DNA of 63,548 bases, filler included, from a bacterium (GTDB taxonomy: Bacteria > JAMORN01), in the NCBI GenBank assembly GCA_027063545.1. It is 10 parts of 10 records of this genome, joined end to end, with 100 filler letters (N's around TTAATTAATTAA, not from the genome) between each part and the next. Parts side by side here need not be neighbours in the genome. Positions count along the whole stretch, not along the records: positions 37,854 to 45,241 come from JAMORN010000134.1; positions 45,342 to 52,605 come from JAMORN010000136.1; 8 more parts are not named here. The stretch is one strand, 5' to 3'. Below, piece after piece: positions 41,001 to 50,587 of the stretch. The notes beneath the pieces are model-generated. The model ran no database searches and was not told the DNA's origin. It worked only from the letters and a program-made list of their open reading frames with translations. A program made the position numbers and the translations under genes. Numbering within the stretch: position 1 is the stretch's first letter; every line of letters starts with the position of its first letter.

Positions 41001-41771
41001 ATGGATTTATCAAAAATCAATTTTAATATTATAGGCATAGACGAGGCTGGACGGGGATGTATTGCTGGAAGTTTATTTGTCACTGCTGTTTATATAGAAA
41101 AGGAGTTTATAGAAAAATTTAAATATTTAGATAAAATAAAAGATTCTAAAAAACTTACAGAAAAAGAACGTTTTTTTTTATATAAAGAAATTGAAAAAAC
41201 TTCAGGAATATATTATAAAATAAAAAAAATTACTCCTCAGGAAATAGATCAATCAAATATTTTAAGAGTTACTTTAGAAGCTATGAAAGAAGTTGCTTTA
41301 TCATTACTCAACACTATTTATAAGAAAAATAAGTCAAAAGAGAATTTTTTAATATATGTAGATGGTAATAAAGCTTTCAATCTTAAAAATTATATAGTTA
41401 AACCTATTATAAAAGGTGATAGTAAAATTCTACAAATTAGTTTAGCTTCTATTATATCAAAAGTGAATAAAGATAAGGAATCTATAGAGTTACATAAATT
41501 ATATCCTAATTATAATTTTAAAAAACATAAAGGATATGCCACAAAAGAACATTTATCTCTAATACAAAAAAACGGAATAATAAAAGGAATATATAGAGAG
41601 ACTTATTTTCCTGTAAAAGAACTTAATTTTTCCAAGAAATATTTTTATTTCAAAGAAAAGATTTTGAACGGAGAAAACCAAGAATCCATTCTATTTGAAA
41701 TAAATTTTTCTGAACTTTCTATAGATGAAAAACAAGCTCTAAATACACTTATTAAAAAAAAGTTTTCATAG
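41001..41771 (+). CDS. rnhB: Ribonuclease HII
   Basis: GIDEAGRG, DSKKL, VDGN, KGD, ASIISK, HKGY.T..H. Confidence 0.92.
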   Translation: MDLSKINFNIIGIDEAGRGCIAGSLFVTAVYIEKEFIEKFKYLDKIKDSKKLTEKERFFLYKEIEKTSGIYYKIKKITPQEIDQSNILRVTLEAMKEVALSLLNTIYKKNKSKENFLIYVDGNKAFNLKNYIVKPIIKGDSKILQISLASIISKVNKDKESIELHKLYPNYNFKKHKGYATKEHLSLIQKNGIIKGIYRETYFPVKELNFSKKYFYFKEKILNGENQESILFEINFSELSIDEKQALNTLIKKKFS

Positions 41772-41849
41772 TTTTTTCTTTTATAGAAAAATTTCAATTT
41801 TAATTTTTTTCAAAAATAAAGTGGAAAAATTTTTAAAAAAACTTAATTA

Positions 41850-42408
41850 TGTATTTATAACGATGTAGCTGGAGATCATCAAGAATGGCAAACTTTAATT
41901 TATGATAATAGTATATAATATATTATTTTCTACCTCTTTTGAAGAAGATAATTTGGATAGTTTTATTGTAATAGATCAAGATGGAGATGGTTATTCATGG
42001 ACCATTGTAACAGATGATGCTCATACTGGTTAAGCTTCTGCCTACGTTGAATGGGATGATAATGCTCCTAATAATGATTGGTTAATTACACCTATAATTG
42101 ATATTTCAGCAGGTGTTGATTCTTTAATTTTTTGGATTAAACCTTTTTCTTTTTATGAAGAAAAATTAGAAATTTTGGCTGTATCATTAACTAATAGTTT
42201 AGATTTAGATACATCCAATCCTGTTTCTATTACAACAATTACAAATGAGTCTCCTGATCAATGGAAAAGATATTCCATTTATATAGGAAATATTTTAAAT
42301 TCTAACTTAAATCGTATAGCATTTAGATATATTTCAAATGATCAAATGTATATCTATTTAGATGATATTCAAATAACAAAATCAACAGCTATAATAGGTA
42401 GATATTAA
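41850..42408 (+). pseudogene. Degraded cleaved-adhesin (choice-of-anchor J) domain gene
   Basis: SFE...IDQDGDGYSW...AHTG*ASAY...NDWLITP...RIAFRY...YLDDI; in-frame TAA at 42031-42033; probable upstream frameshift; no proper 5' end. Confidence 0.75.
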
Positions 42409-42426
42409 AACAATTTTGCCATTTTC

Positions 42427-42454
42427 AAGGAGCCTTATAGAGGCTCCTTTTTTT
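42427..42454 (+). terminator. Rho-independent terminator
   Basis: AAGGAGCCT-TATAG-AGGCTCCTT followed by a T run. Confidence 0.85.
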
Positions 42455-42469
42455 GGCATTTATATTGCA
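42454..42469 (+). promoter_or_regulatory. Sigma54 (-24/-12) promoter of the flgJ-like/flgN/flgK operon
   Basis: TGGCAT-TTATA-TTGCA with exact consensus spacing, 37 nt before the ATG. Confidence 0.75.
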
Positions 42470-42506
42470 TCTCTATAAAAAAAGCAGAAAAAAATAGAGG
42501 TGCATA

Positions 42507-43307
42507 ATGCAGAAGTTATCAAATACTACTCATATTAATTCAGTAGAGTATAAAGAATTAGAGAAATACAAAAAAATAAAGAAAATAGGTGATGATTTTG
42601 AAACTTTTTTTATTTCTTTTCTTTTAAATAATATATCTAAAAATATAGGAAGCTCTGGTTATTTACCATTAACTACAGAAGGGAAAATATATAGATCTTG
42701 GTTCTATGATGCTATAGCAAAAGAAATAGCAAAAAGTTATGATTTTCATATAAGTGAAAATATTCAAAAAGAGTTATCAGAAATAGAAAAATTAGATTAT
42801 AATAAACTTAGAGAACTTGAAAGGAAAAAATTTCTTGATATAGAAATTATTCCAAGAAAAAATTTCTCTATTAATGAAAATGTTCTTTATTCTCATATAG
42901 AAAATGTAATAGAAAGAGTTTCAAAAAAGTATGGAATAAGAAAATCTTTAATAAAGGCAATAATAAAAGTAGAATCAAATTTTAATCCTTATGCAATTTC
43001 TTCTAAAGGTGCAAAAGGACTAATGCAGCTTATGGATTCAACCGCTAAAGATTTAGGTGTAAAAAATGTTTGGTCTATAGTCGATAATATAGAAGGAGGA
43101 GTAAAATATTTAAGATCTTTAATAGATAGATTTGGTGATGAAAAATTAGCTTTGGCTGCATATAATGCTGGTCCAGGAAATGTAATAAAATATGGAAATA
43201 GAATTCCTCCATTTAGGGAGACACAAAATTATGTAAATAAAGTTTTGTATTGGGATAAATATTATAAGGAGAAGGAAAATGAAACAAGAGAATTTGCAGG
43301 AGATTAA
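42507..43307 (+). CDS. FlgJ-like rod-binding domain fused to an SLT lytic transglycosylase
   Basis: N-term DFE.FF...IY.S......A..IA; C-term AIIKVESNFNP.A.S.KGA.GLMQLM, ALAAYNAGPG, ETQNYV. Confidence 0.85.
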   Translation: MQKLSNTTHINSVEYKELEKYKKIKKIGDDFETFFISFLLNNISKNIGSSGYLPLTTEGKIYRSWFYDAIAKEIAKSYDFHISENIQKELSEIEKLDYNKLRELERKKFLDIEIIPRKNFSINENVLYSHIENVIERVSKKYGIRKSLIKAIIKVESNFNPYAISSKGAKGLMQLMDSTAKDLGVKNVWSIVDNIEGGVKYLRSLIDRFGDEKLALAAYNAGPGNVIKYGNRIPPFRETQNYVNKVLYWDKYYKEKENETREFAGD

Positions 43308-43785
43308 TAAGTTATTCAAAAAATTACAAGAGCTTAAAGAATTATATCAAGAATTTTTAGAAGTTCTCCTAAAAGAAAGAGAAATGATATTAAATAATAA
43401 ATTGGATAATTATATAGAGCTTTTAAATACCAAAAACTTTTTAGCAGAAAAAATAGATGTTCTAAATAAACAATTAGATGAAATTTTCGAATCTGTAAGA
43501 AATATTCTTTCTTTAAATGAAATTAAAATCCCTAATATAATAGAAAAATTACCAGAAGAAGAAAAGGAAAAATTAAGAGTTTTAAGTAAAAACTTAAAAG
43601 TTATTTTAGAAAAAGTGTTAGAGGAAAATAAAATAAATATGGAGATAATAGAAAATAGAATAAAATTTTCAAATCAATTATTAAAGATTATAGAAAGTTC
43701 AAGTAGCAAAAATCTTTATTCTAATAATGGAGAAAAGAAAACTATAAAAGAAAAAGAGAAAAAGATAATAGACAGGAGGGTATAA
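43279..43785 (+). CDS. flgN: Flagellar export chaperone FlgN-like
   Basis: Helical protein with N..N..I and LY...G motifs; directly before flgK. Confidence 0.75.
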   Translation: MKQENLQEINKLFKKLQELKELYQEFLEVLLKEREMILNNKLDNYIELLNTKNFLAEKIDVLNKQLDEIFESVRNILSLNEIKIPNIIEKLPEEEKEKLRVLSKNLKVILEKVLEENKINMEIIENRIKFSNQLLKIIESSSSKNLYSNNGEKKTIKEKEKKIIDRRV

Positions 43786-43786
43786 G

Positions 43787-45241
43787 ATGGGCTCAAATAT
43801 ATTTGGAATATTATATACAGGAATTTCAGGAATTATGGCAAGCCAAATAGCTATGGATGTAACAGGGGATAATATTGCTAATGCTAATACAGATGGATAT
43901 TCAAGAAAAAGATTGGAACAAGCAGCTGTATATAGAAGAGACCCTCAATTTGGTGCTATTGGTTATGGAGCTCATCCTGTAAAGATACAGAGATTAAGAG
44001 ATTTTCTTTTAGATCAACATATAACATTGTTGACATCTGATTTAGGTTATTATAAACAATTAGATGAAGGAACAAGTAGAGTAGAAGATATATTGGTAGA
44101 ACCAGATGATACTGCTTTAAATAAATTTATTAATGATTTTTGGAATTCTTGGCAAGATTTAGCTAATAATCCTGATGATATGGCATCAAGAGCAGTAGTA
44201 TTAAGAACGGCCAAATCGTTAATTAATAAATTTAAAACAATTGTAGGAAAACTCAGAGATCTTCAAGATGCTTTTAATGAAGAAATGGAATATACCATAA
44301 AACAAATCAATGAATATATCGGAGAAATATATAAACTTAATCGAGAAGTTGTTGCTATAGAAACAAATGGGCAAGTAGCAAATGATGCAAGAGATAGAAG
44401 AGATTTTTTAATAAAAAAGTTGGCAGAGCTTGTTGATATCACCTATTACGAAGATGATAAAGGAGCATATAATGTTTTTATAGATGGAAATCTTGTGGTG
44501 TCAGCAACAGAAAAGATAGAAATAGCGCCAACATATGAGTATAAAAAAAGATATGATAATACAACCCAAAAGATAATAAAAGTACAATTATCAACAACAA
44601 AAAAGGAACTAGATATAAGAGGAGGTAAATTAAGGGCATATATGGAGTTAAGAGATAATATTATAAATAAGAAATTGGAACAACTAGATAATTTAGCCTA
44701 TAATATAAAGGAAAGGGTAAATGAACTTCATGAGAGTGGATATACACTTGATGGTTTGACAGGAATTCCATTTTTTGATCCTAAAAGTAAGGGTGCTATG
44801 GATTTGGAAATTTATCCAACTGTAGATCAAAATTTAAGAAATATAGCAGCGGCAACAGGTGGTTCCTCACTTCATGGAACAGATACTATTACAGTTCCTA
44901 ATCCACCATATGGAGTTCCTTTAGAATTTGATACAACTCCTAGAGATAATCTAGTATATGATTCTGTAGTTTTAACTAATAGCTCTAATGGATATGTGTA
45001 TAAAGAAGGTATAGATTATGTTGTAAACTATCAAGAAGGTACAATTGTTTTGCTTGCAGATTCTTTAATACCTCCGGGAGCAGTTTTGAATGTAGAATAT
45101 GATTATAGAGTAGCGGATTTTAAAGGAGAAGGTGATGGATCAAATGCTTTAGCAATAGCAGGTTTAAGAGAAAAGAACACAATGGATGCTAATGTTTTTG
45201 GAGAATATACAAAAACATTTAATGAATTTTATGGTTCAATA
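43787..45241 (+). CDS. flgK: Flagellar hook-associated protein 1 (3' truncated)
   Basis: G.NIANANT.GYSR, FWNSWQDL.NNP, ND.RD.RD, GDG.NALAIA. Confidence 0.94.
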
Positions 45242-45341
45242 NNNNNNNNNNNNNNNNNNNNNNNNNNNNNNNNNNNNNNNNNNNNTTAATTAATTAANNN
45301 NNNNNNNNNNNNNNNNNNNNNNNNNNNNNNNNNNNNNNNNN
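45242..45341. other. Artificial contig linker
   Basis: N run with TTAATTAATTAA. Confidence 0.99.
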
Positions 45342-45758
45342 ATAAAAACTAATATAGGATTATCAAAGAAAAAAAGTGAAGAGATTATAAGAGAGTTAAA
45401 AGGGAGCGAATATAAATTAAAAGGAAATATAAGGGATTTAGCATTAATGGCTTATACTATTTATGCATATTTAAATTCTGATTCTTCTGAGGAAGAGGCA
45501 GTAAATAAGGCTATAGAAAATTATTGGAAAAGATCAGAATATGAAGATGAAGGTATAGATGAATTATCTTTAAGGAATATTATAGATAAAATGGTAGATG
45601 AAGGTAGCATTGATGCTCAAAAGTTATTAAAGGATTTTCAATATAGATTTGCCAAAAAGGCAATGGAGTTATCTGGGGGAAATAAAAGAAAAGCTGCAAA
45701 GATGTTAGGATTAAAAGACGGAAAAAGTATAGATAATTGGTTAAAAAATAAAATTTGA
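45342..45758 (+). CDS. Sigma54-interacting AAA+ transcriptional regulator with Fis-type HTH, C-terminal fragment
   Basis: Frame open from the contig edge with KGNIRDL (cf. WPGNIREL); AMELSGGNKRKAAKMLGL HTH. Confidence 0.75.
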   Translation: MKTNIGLSKKKSEEIIRELKGSEYKLKGNIRDLALMAYTIYAYLNSDSSEEEAVNKAIENYWKRSEYEDEGIDELSLRNIIDKMVDEGSIDAQKLLKDFQYRFAKKAMELSGGNKRKAAKMLGLKDGKSIDNWLKNKI

Positions 45759-45759
45759 T

Positions 45760-46335
45760 TTAAAAATTGTTTATTATTGTATCTATATCATCTTCTATGT
45801 AGCCGTAAACTTTGATACTTCCGTTATCTTCATCTATAGATATTTCTATTTCGTTATGTGGGGTTAAATCTTTTAAGGTATATTTAGAGGAATAAAAAGT
45901 TATTTTCTGATTTGTTGAGCCTATAATGCCACCATTTGTAATATCTCTTTTAGTTTCATTATAGGGTTCGCTAATGAGAATATCAATATAATTTAGTATT
46001 TCATTATATTTTTTTTCAACAATTTTTAAAGGATAGCCTGTATAAAGTATAATAGATAAATTAAGGTTTTTCACTTTTTTAGAAAGTTCTAGTATTTCTT
46101 TATATTGATCTAAAGGTTCTCCTCCTAATATAGTAATACCTTCTATATCATTTTTTATTTTTTCTATTTGCCTTATTAAATCTTCAATTTTATATAAATT
46201 TTTTGGTTTAAATTCCCACAATTCCTTATTCCAGCAGCCTTTACATCTAATAGAGCAACCTTGTACCCAGAATACAAATCTAATACCAGGTCCATAAATT
46301 AAACTTTTTTCTTCAATAAAGGCTATATTTAGCAT
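45760..46335 (-). CDS. NrdG-like radical SAM protein (4Fe-4S single cluster)
   Basis: GPG.R....QGCSIRCKGCWN (CxxxCxxC), GITILGGEPLDQ, YTGY, GSTNQ. Confidence 0.9.
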   Translation of the reverse strand: MLNIAFIEEKSLIYGPGIRFVFWVQGCSIRCKGCWNKELWEFKPKNLYKIEDLIRQIEKIKNDIEGITILGGEPLDQYKEILELSKKVKNLNLSIILYTGYPLKIVEKKYNEILNYIDILISEPYNETKRDITNGGIIGSTNQKITFYSSKYTLKDLTPHNEIEISIDEDNGSIKVYGYIEDDIDTIINNF

Positions 46336-46339
46336 ATTA

Positions 46340-46801
46340 TTAATAATTATGTCTAACTAAAATTAGTTTTATTTTATTCCCAACTTTTTTCTCCTTCACA
46401 GTATATCCTTTTTCTTTTGCTCGTTTGATTATTTCATTTTTTTGTTTTTCTATAAAATCTTTTTTTTCTTCTTCTATTTTTCTTAATTTTTCTTCAAATC
46501 TTTTTCGTTCTTCTTCTAATTTTGCTTCTTCTATTAATTTTTTTTGTTCTAAATATACTTTATTATACTCTTTTTCTAAGGAAGCTAAAAAGGTTTTATT
46601 TTCCTTTTCATGCCAGCTATCATATTGGTATATAAATTGTCCATTTTCATATAAAAACTTTTCTTCTATATACACTTTATTTTTATTCTCTATAATAAGT
46701 TCATTGCCTTGATCTATATATGAAATATTTAAATTATTTAATGCTTTTAATAGTAATTCTTTATTAATAAATGGTGTTGTATAAATTCTTCTTTGGCTCA
46801 T
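46340..46801 (-). CDS. DUF1257/Ycf35-like protein with coiled-coil insert
   Basis: MSQRRIYTTPFINKELLLKALNNL N-terminus and A...GYTV.E......IKL.LVR C-terminus; ATG 46801 lies 1 nt after the upstream stop. Confidence 0.6.
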   Translation of the reverse strand: MSQRRIYTTPFINKELLLKALNNLNISYIDQGNELIIENKNKVYIEEKFLYENGQFIYQYDSWHEKENKTFLASLEKEYNKVYLEQKKLIEEAKLEEERKRFEEKLRKIEEEKKDFIEKQKNEIIKRAKEKGYTVKEKKVGNKIKLILVRHNY

Positions 46802-46802
46802 T

Positions 46803-47009
46803 TTATTTTCTCCTATTTTCAATTTTTCTTTTATTTACAATATTATTTTTTTGATAGAATTCATCAGTTTTTTTACTCTCCAGCAGATGTAAATCTTTTC
46901 CTAATATATCATCTAATTCTGATATACACATTTCACCTTTAATTCCTTCTGTTTTTGCTATAATTTTTCCATCTTCATCAATTGTTATTATAATTCTTTC
47001 TTCCCCCAT
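46803..47009 (-). CDS. DUF2997 family small protein
   Basis: ITIDEDGKI...EGIKG..C.......LG.......KTDEFY; GAGGT RBS. Confidence 0.8.
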   Translation of the reverse strand: MGEERIIITIDEDGKIIAKTEGIKGEMCISELDDILGKDLHLLESKKTDEFYQKNNIVNKRKIENRRK

Positions 47010-47020
47010 AATAATACCTC

Positions 47021-48946
47021 CTAGTTTTGTTTTTTAGCAGATAATTTAGCCTTCAATCTTTGTGCTTCTTCTTTAGCTTCTTCATAATCTTCCCAGAATT
47101 CTATTTCTAAATATTTTTCATTTTTATTAGCATATAATATACCTATCTTAGGAAGAGACTCCAAAGATTCTAATTTTTCTTCTATATTTTTATCTTTTTC
47201 TTTTTTTGGAGTATTATTATTCTTATTACTTACGTTTTTCACGACCATTTGTAGAGAGGTTTTTTCTTCATCAATTTGTTCTTTATTTTTTCTATTTAGA
47301 TAATTTTTGGTTGTATCTATTTTAGTATTTAAATCTTTAATTTCTTCTTCCAGAGTTTTTATCTCTTGTTCTAATTGTTTTAATTTATCTTGAGGGATTT
47401 TATCTTTATTTTTTAATTCTTTTCTTTTATACTCTAATTTTTTTGTTATCTTTTCTTTTTCTTTAGTTAGCAGGTTATAATATAATTCATTTAAACTTTT
47501 ATTAATTCTTTTTCTTTCTTCTTTTGATTTTGTAGGAAGTTCATCTTTTAATTTTTTTAGTTTTTTTATAATATTTTTTTCTTCATTCAATTTTAAATCT
47601 ATAATTAACTCTTCTATTTCATTTAATTTTCTTTCAAAGTTTAGCTTAACATATTCCCACTCACTATATAGTTTATCTTTTGTTGAATTATTTGGAGTAT
47701 AGAATGGTATTATTTTATATCTATAAGTTATTTTAACGTTTTTCCCATCATCACCTATATTTTTAGGGGTATAATTTTCAAAAGAGTCTTTATTAATTAA
47801 TTCAGATAATTTAATCTTCCCTAAATCTACTTCTTTACTTTCTTTTATATTTATTACTTTACCATTATATATAATCTCTTTATTAATTAAGTTTTGTCTT
47901 ATTTCTTCAGGAATAAACTTATAAACATGAAATTTTTTTAATTCATTAAAAATTTTTTCAATCTTTTCTTTTTGATTATTATCTTCTAATTTAATAGCAT
48001 AAAAATAGTTGCTATTTTCTATAAACTGTTTAGGAAATATATAAATAAATTTAGAATTACCATAAAATATAGGAAGTTTTATTTTTTTCAATTGCTCATA
48101 ATCAAAAGCATATATTTCATTTTCTAAAGAAAGATTTTTTATAATATCAAAATCAGACTCTTTAGAGGTTATAATTGTTGTATTTTCTACTCTTTTAATT
48201 ATATCAAAAATAGGATCGTTTTTTTCTATTTTGGGGATATATAGAAAGGAGTAGTTTTCATCTTTATATTTTGAAAGTTCTTTTTTTACATATTCCATAT
48301 CGCAAAAGTCATTTTTATTGGGATATACATATATAGGTGTTTTATATTCTTTATTTGAGAGTTCTGTTATTTTCCCATTTATTATTTCATAATTTGTATT
48401 CTCCCAAAAGTTATAAGAGAAATATCTATGTAAATATTCTATTTGATTTTTATTTAATTCAATTATTAGACTTTCGTTAGATAGTGTTGTTAACGCCATT
48501 GGAAGAAAATAGCCTTTAGATTTTTTTTCTTTAGGATTTATTAAAATAAAACTACCTATAAACTTTTCTTCTAAATTTTTTATATCACCCGCAGTTTTTG
48601 TTCTTATAAATACATATTTTAGACTTTCTAAATATTTTTCATTTTCAATTTTATTTGTTATTAAATATATTCTATTTTTATTTTGAGGTTTTGATATATT
48701 AAATATAAGTTTTATTATACCATCACTATCTAATTTTTCAGTATATATAAGAATAGAGCTATTTTTAGCAGTTTCTAAATTATATACTAAATCAGTGTAA
48801 TTCCCATAAAAATTTTTAATATTATCAATAGTAGTTTTTGTGTTAATTGGATTATTTTTTAGCCAAAAGTTTTTATATTTGAAATTATAAAAATATAAAG
48901 TTTTAATTTTTTGTTGAGGAGAGATAAATGTTTTTTCTTTTTTCAT
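47021..48946 (-). CDS. Hypothetical protein: degenerate PLD-like N-terminal domain plus long coiled coil
   Basis: AKNSSILIYT / RIYLIT / GSFILIN / YF...FW pattern resembles a PLD fold without HxK; K/E-rich heptads in the C-terminal third; AAGGAG RBS. Confidence 0.7.
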   Translation of the reverse strand: MKKEKTFISPQQKIKTLYFYNFKYKNFWLKNNPINTKTTIDNIKNFYGNYTDLVYNLETAKNSSILIYTEKLDSDGIIKLIFNISKPQNKNRIYLITNKIENEKYLESLKYVFIRTKTAGDIKNLEEKFIGSFILINPKEKKSKGYFLPMALTTLSNESLIIELNKNQIEYLHRYFSYNFWENTNYEIINGKITELSNKEYKTPIYVYPNKNDFCDMEYVKKELSKYKDENYSFLYIPKIEKNDPIFDIIKRVENTTIITSKESDFDIIKNLSLENEIYAFDYEQLKKIKLPIFYGNSKFIYIFPKQFIENSNYFYAIKLEDNNQKEKIEKIFNELKKFHVYKFIPEEIRQNLINKEIIYNGKVINIKESKEVDLGKIKLSELINKDSFENYTPKNIGDDGKNVKITYRYKIIPFYTPNNSTKDKLYSEWEYVKLNFERKLNEIEELIIDLKLNEEKNIIKKLKKLKDELPTKSKEERKRINKSLNELYYNLLTKEKEKITKKLEYKRKELKNKDKIPQDKLKQLEQEIKTLEEEIKDLNTKIDTTKNYLNRKNKEQIDEEKTSLQMVVKNVSNKNNNTPKKEKDKNIEEKLESLESLPKIGILYANKNEKYLEIEFWEDYEEAKEEAQRLKAKLSAKKQN

Positions 48947-48958
48947 TTTTTACTCCTT

Positions 48959-50584
48959 TTATTTTTGAATGATTTCTTTAATAAAATTAGTTAATGTAGG
49001 ATCAAGAACTTCTAATCCATATTTAACTTTTGAGATATTTGTTGTTTCACATATTTTTAATTTATCAGGATTATTATTATCTAAATAGATAAAATTATTT
49101 AAAGAAGACGGAGATTCCCATATACTGTATTGATTTAGATCTTTAAAAAACATAAAATATCTATTATGAGGACCTAATTTATTGTTTTCTTTAAAGATAT
49201 CTTCGATATAAAATATCCTAACATTAGGAGCTTCACTTTTTACTATCTCTAATTTATTATTTTGTCCTTTAATATTTTTTAAAGTTATTAATGTTATATT
49301 AGATAAATTATTAAAATTTTTTATAATATTTAAAAATATTCTTTGTTGAATTTCATTAAAGACATATCTATCGTAATAAATAATATAGTTAATTGGGAAA
49401 TCTACTTTTCTTTGGAAGATCTCTGTCAGTTCCTCAAATTTATAGGTTTTGTTTAATTCCAAAGATATTAAAGGCTCTAAATAAGAATTTATACTAGAAT
49501 CATTATCTGGATTTAGATCATCATAGGCTACTAAATGAAATAAATGATCTATTTTATTGTGAGAAAAATAATTATCAATTTTTCTTTTTTTATAATCATT
49601 TTTAAAAATATAATCGTATAACTCATGGGAAAATGTACTTAATGCCTTGTTATATATAATATTTTGTAATTTATTTTCTACACCAATAGAATAAAAATTG
49701 CTTTCTAAAATATTATCATAAATAAAGTCAATAATTTTTTTTGCTTCATCAATATCAAAAGGTTTTATAGGTAATTTTTTAATTTCTATATAATCAAAAT
49801 TATAAAAATCATTTTTTAGTTCCAAATAATTATTCTCATGGTTATAAATAAATGTATCAATATAAAAATTTTGAATTTCTTCTATATCAATATTATCTTT
49901 TATTTGTTTTAATTTAACTTTTAATCTGTTAGACTTTTCGTCCCATAAATTATTAAAGAAATTTTTTAATATTTTTTCTTTATTAATATTTTTTAAATTT
50001 AAAGTTTCTTTTTTTATTTGGCGAGTTTCGATTTCCCCAGAAAAATATATTACTGCTGAATCATTAGAATCTGCAATTTCTAAATGAATTTCTATATTTC
50101 TATTTTTTTCATTTTTTTCATTTATCCCATAAATTTTGTTATCTTCGGGTAATATCTCTATTTTAGAAATATTATTTTTATCATTTTTCAATGATAACCA
50201 GAATCCTTCTTTTTCTATAGGTATATTTAGTTTTTGTATTTTATCATCATTTATGGGCTTTACTCTTTCTAAATAAATTACTTTATTGTTAAAAAATGTA
50301 TTAGGTCTATCATCTATATACCAAATTTTATATTTTCCAAATTCGATTTCTTCCATCATATGTGTATCAATAACTTTTTGCCCTTTTGAAGTAAGATTAA
50401 GAGAATTTTTTTCAATAAGGTCTAAATTTCTTAAATATTCTATAATTCTATTATTAATAAAATTATCCTCAAATCTTTTTCCTTTTAAAAATTTAACAAC
50501 ATCCTCTCTTCTTATATATTTTTTAACTTTCAATATACTTATAAACCAGGAAATTTCTATATTTTTTTTGGCTTTAATAATCAT
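48959..50584 (-). CDS. Hypothetical protein with C-terminal PLD-like (MIT_C-type HxR) domain
   Basis: YYDRYV...Q and PHNRYF...W...SSL motifs; N-terminal wHTH-like LTSKG; AAGGAG RBS. Confidence 0.7.
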   Translation of the reverse strand: MIIKAKKNIEISWFISILKVKKYIRREDVVKFLKGKRFEDNFINNRIIEYLRNLDLIEKNSLNLTSKGQKVIDTHMMEEIEFGKYKIWYIDDRPNTFFNNKVIYLERVKPINDDKIQKLNIPIEKEGFWLSLKNDKNNISKIEILPEDNKIYGINEKNEKNRNIEIHLEIADSNDSAVIYFSGEIETRQIKKETLNLKNINKEKILKNFFNNLWDEKSNRLKVKLKQIKDNIDIEEIQNFYIDTFIYNHENNYLELKNDFYNFDYIEIKKLPIKPFDIDEAKKIIDFIYDNILESNFYSIGVENKLQNIIYNKALSTFSHELYDYIFKNDYKKRKIDNYFSHNKIDHLFHLVAYDDLNPDNDSSINSYLEPLISLELNKTYKFEELTEIFQRKVDFPINYIIYYDRYVFNEIQQRIFLNIIKNFNNLSNITLITLKNIKGQNNKLEIVKSEAPNVRIFYIEDIFKENNKLGPHNRYFMFFKDLNQYSIWESPSSLNNFIYLDNNNPDKLKICETTNISKVKYGLEVLDPTLTNFIKEIIQK

Positions 50585-50587
50585 ATA

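Noticed and set aside
42031-42033. In-frame stop as evidence of an alternative genetic code or recoding
   Set aside because: It is TAA, and TAA, TAG and TGA all end conserved genes normally elsewhere in the window.
43787-45758. Apparent linkage of flgK with a sigma54 activator and the helicase cassette
   Set aside because: They are separated by a contig linker, so the adjacency is artificial.
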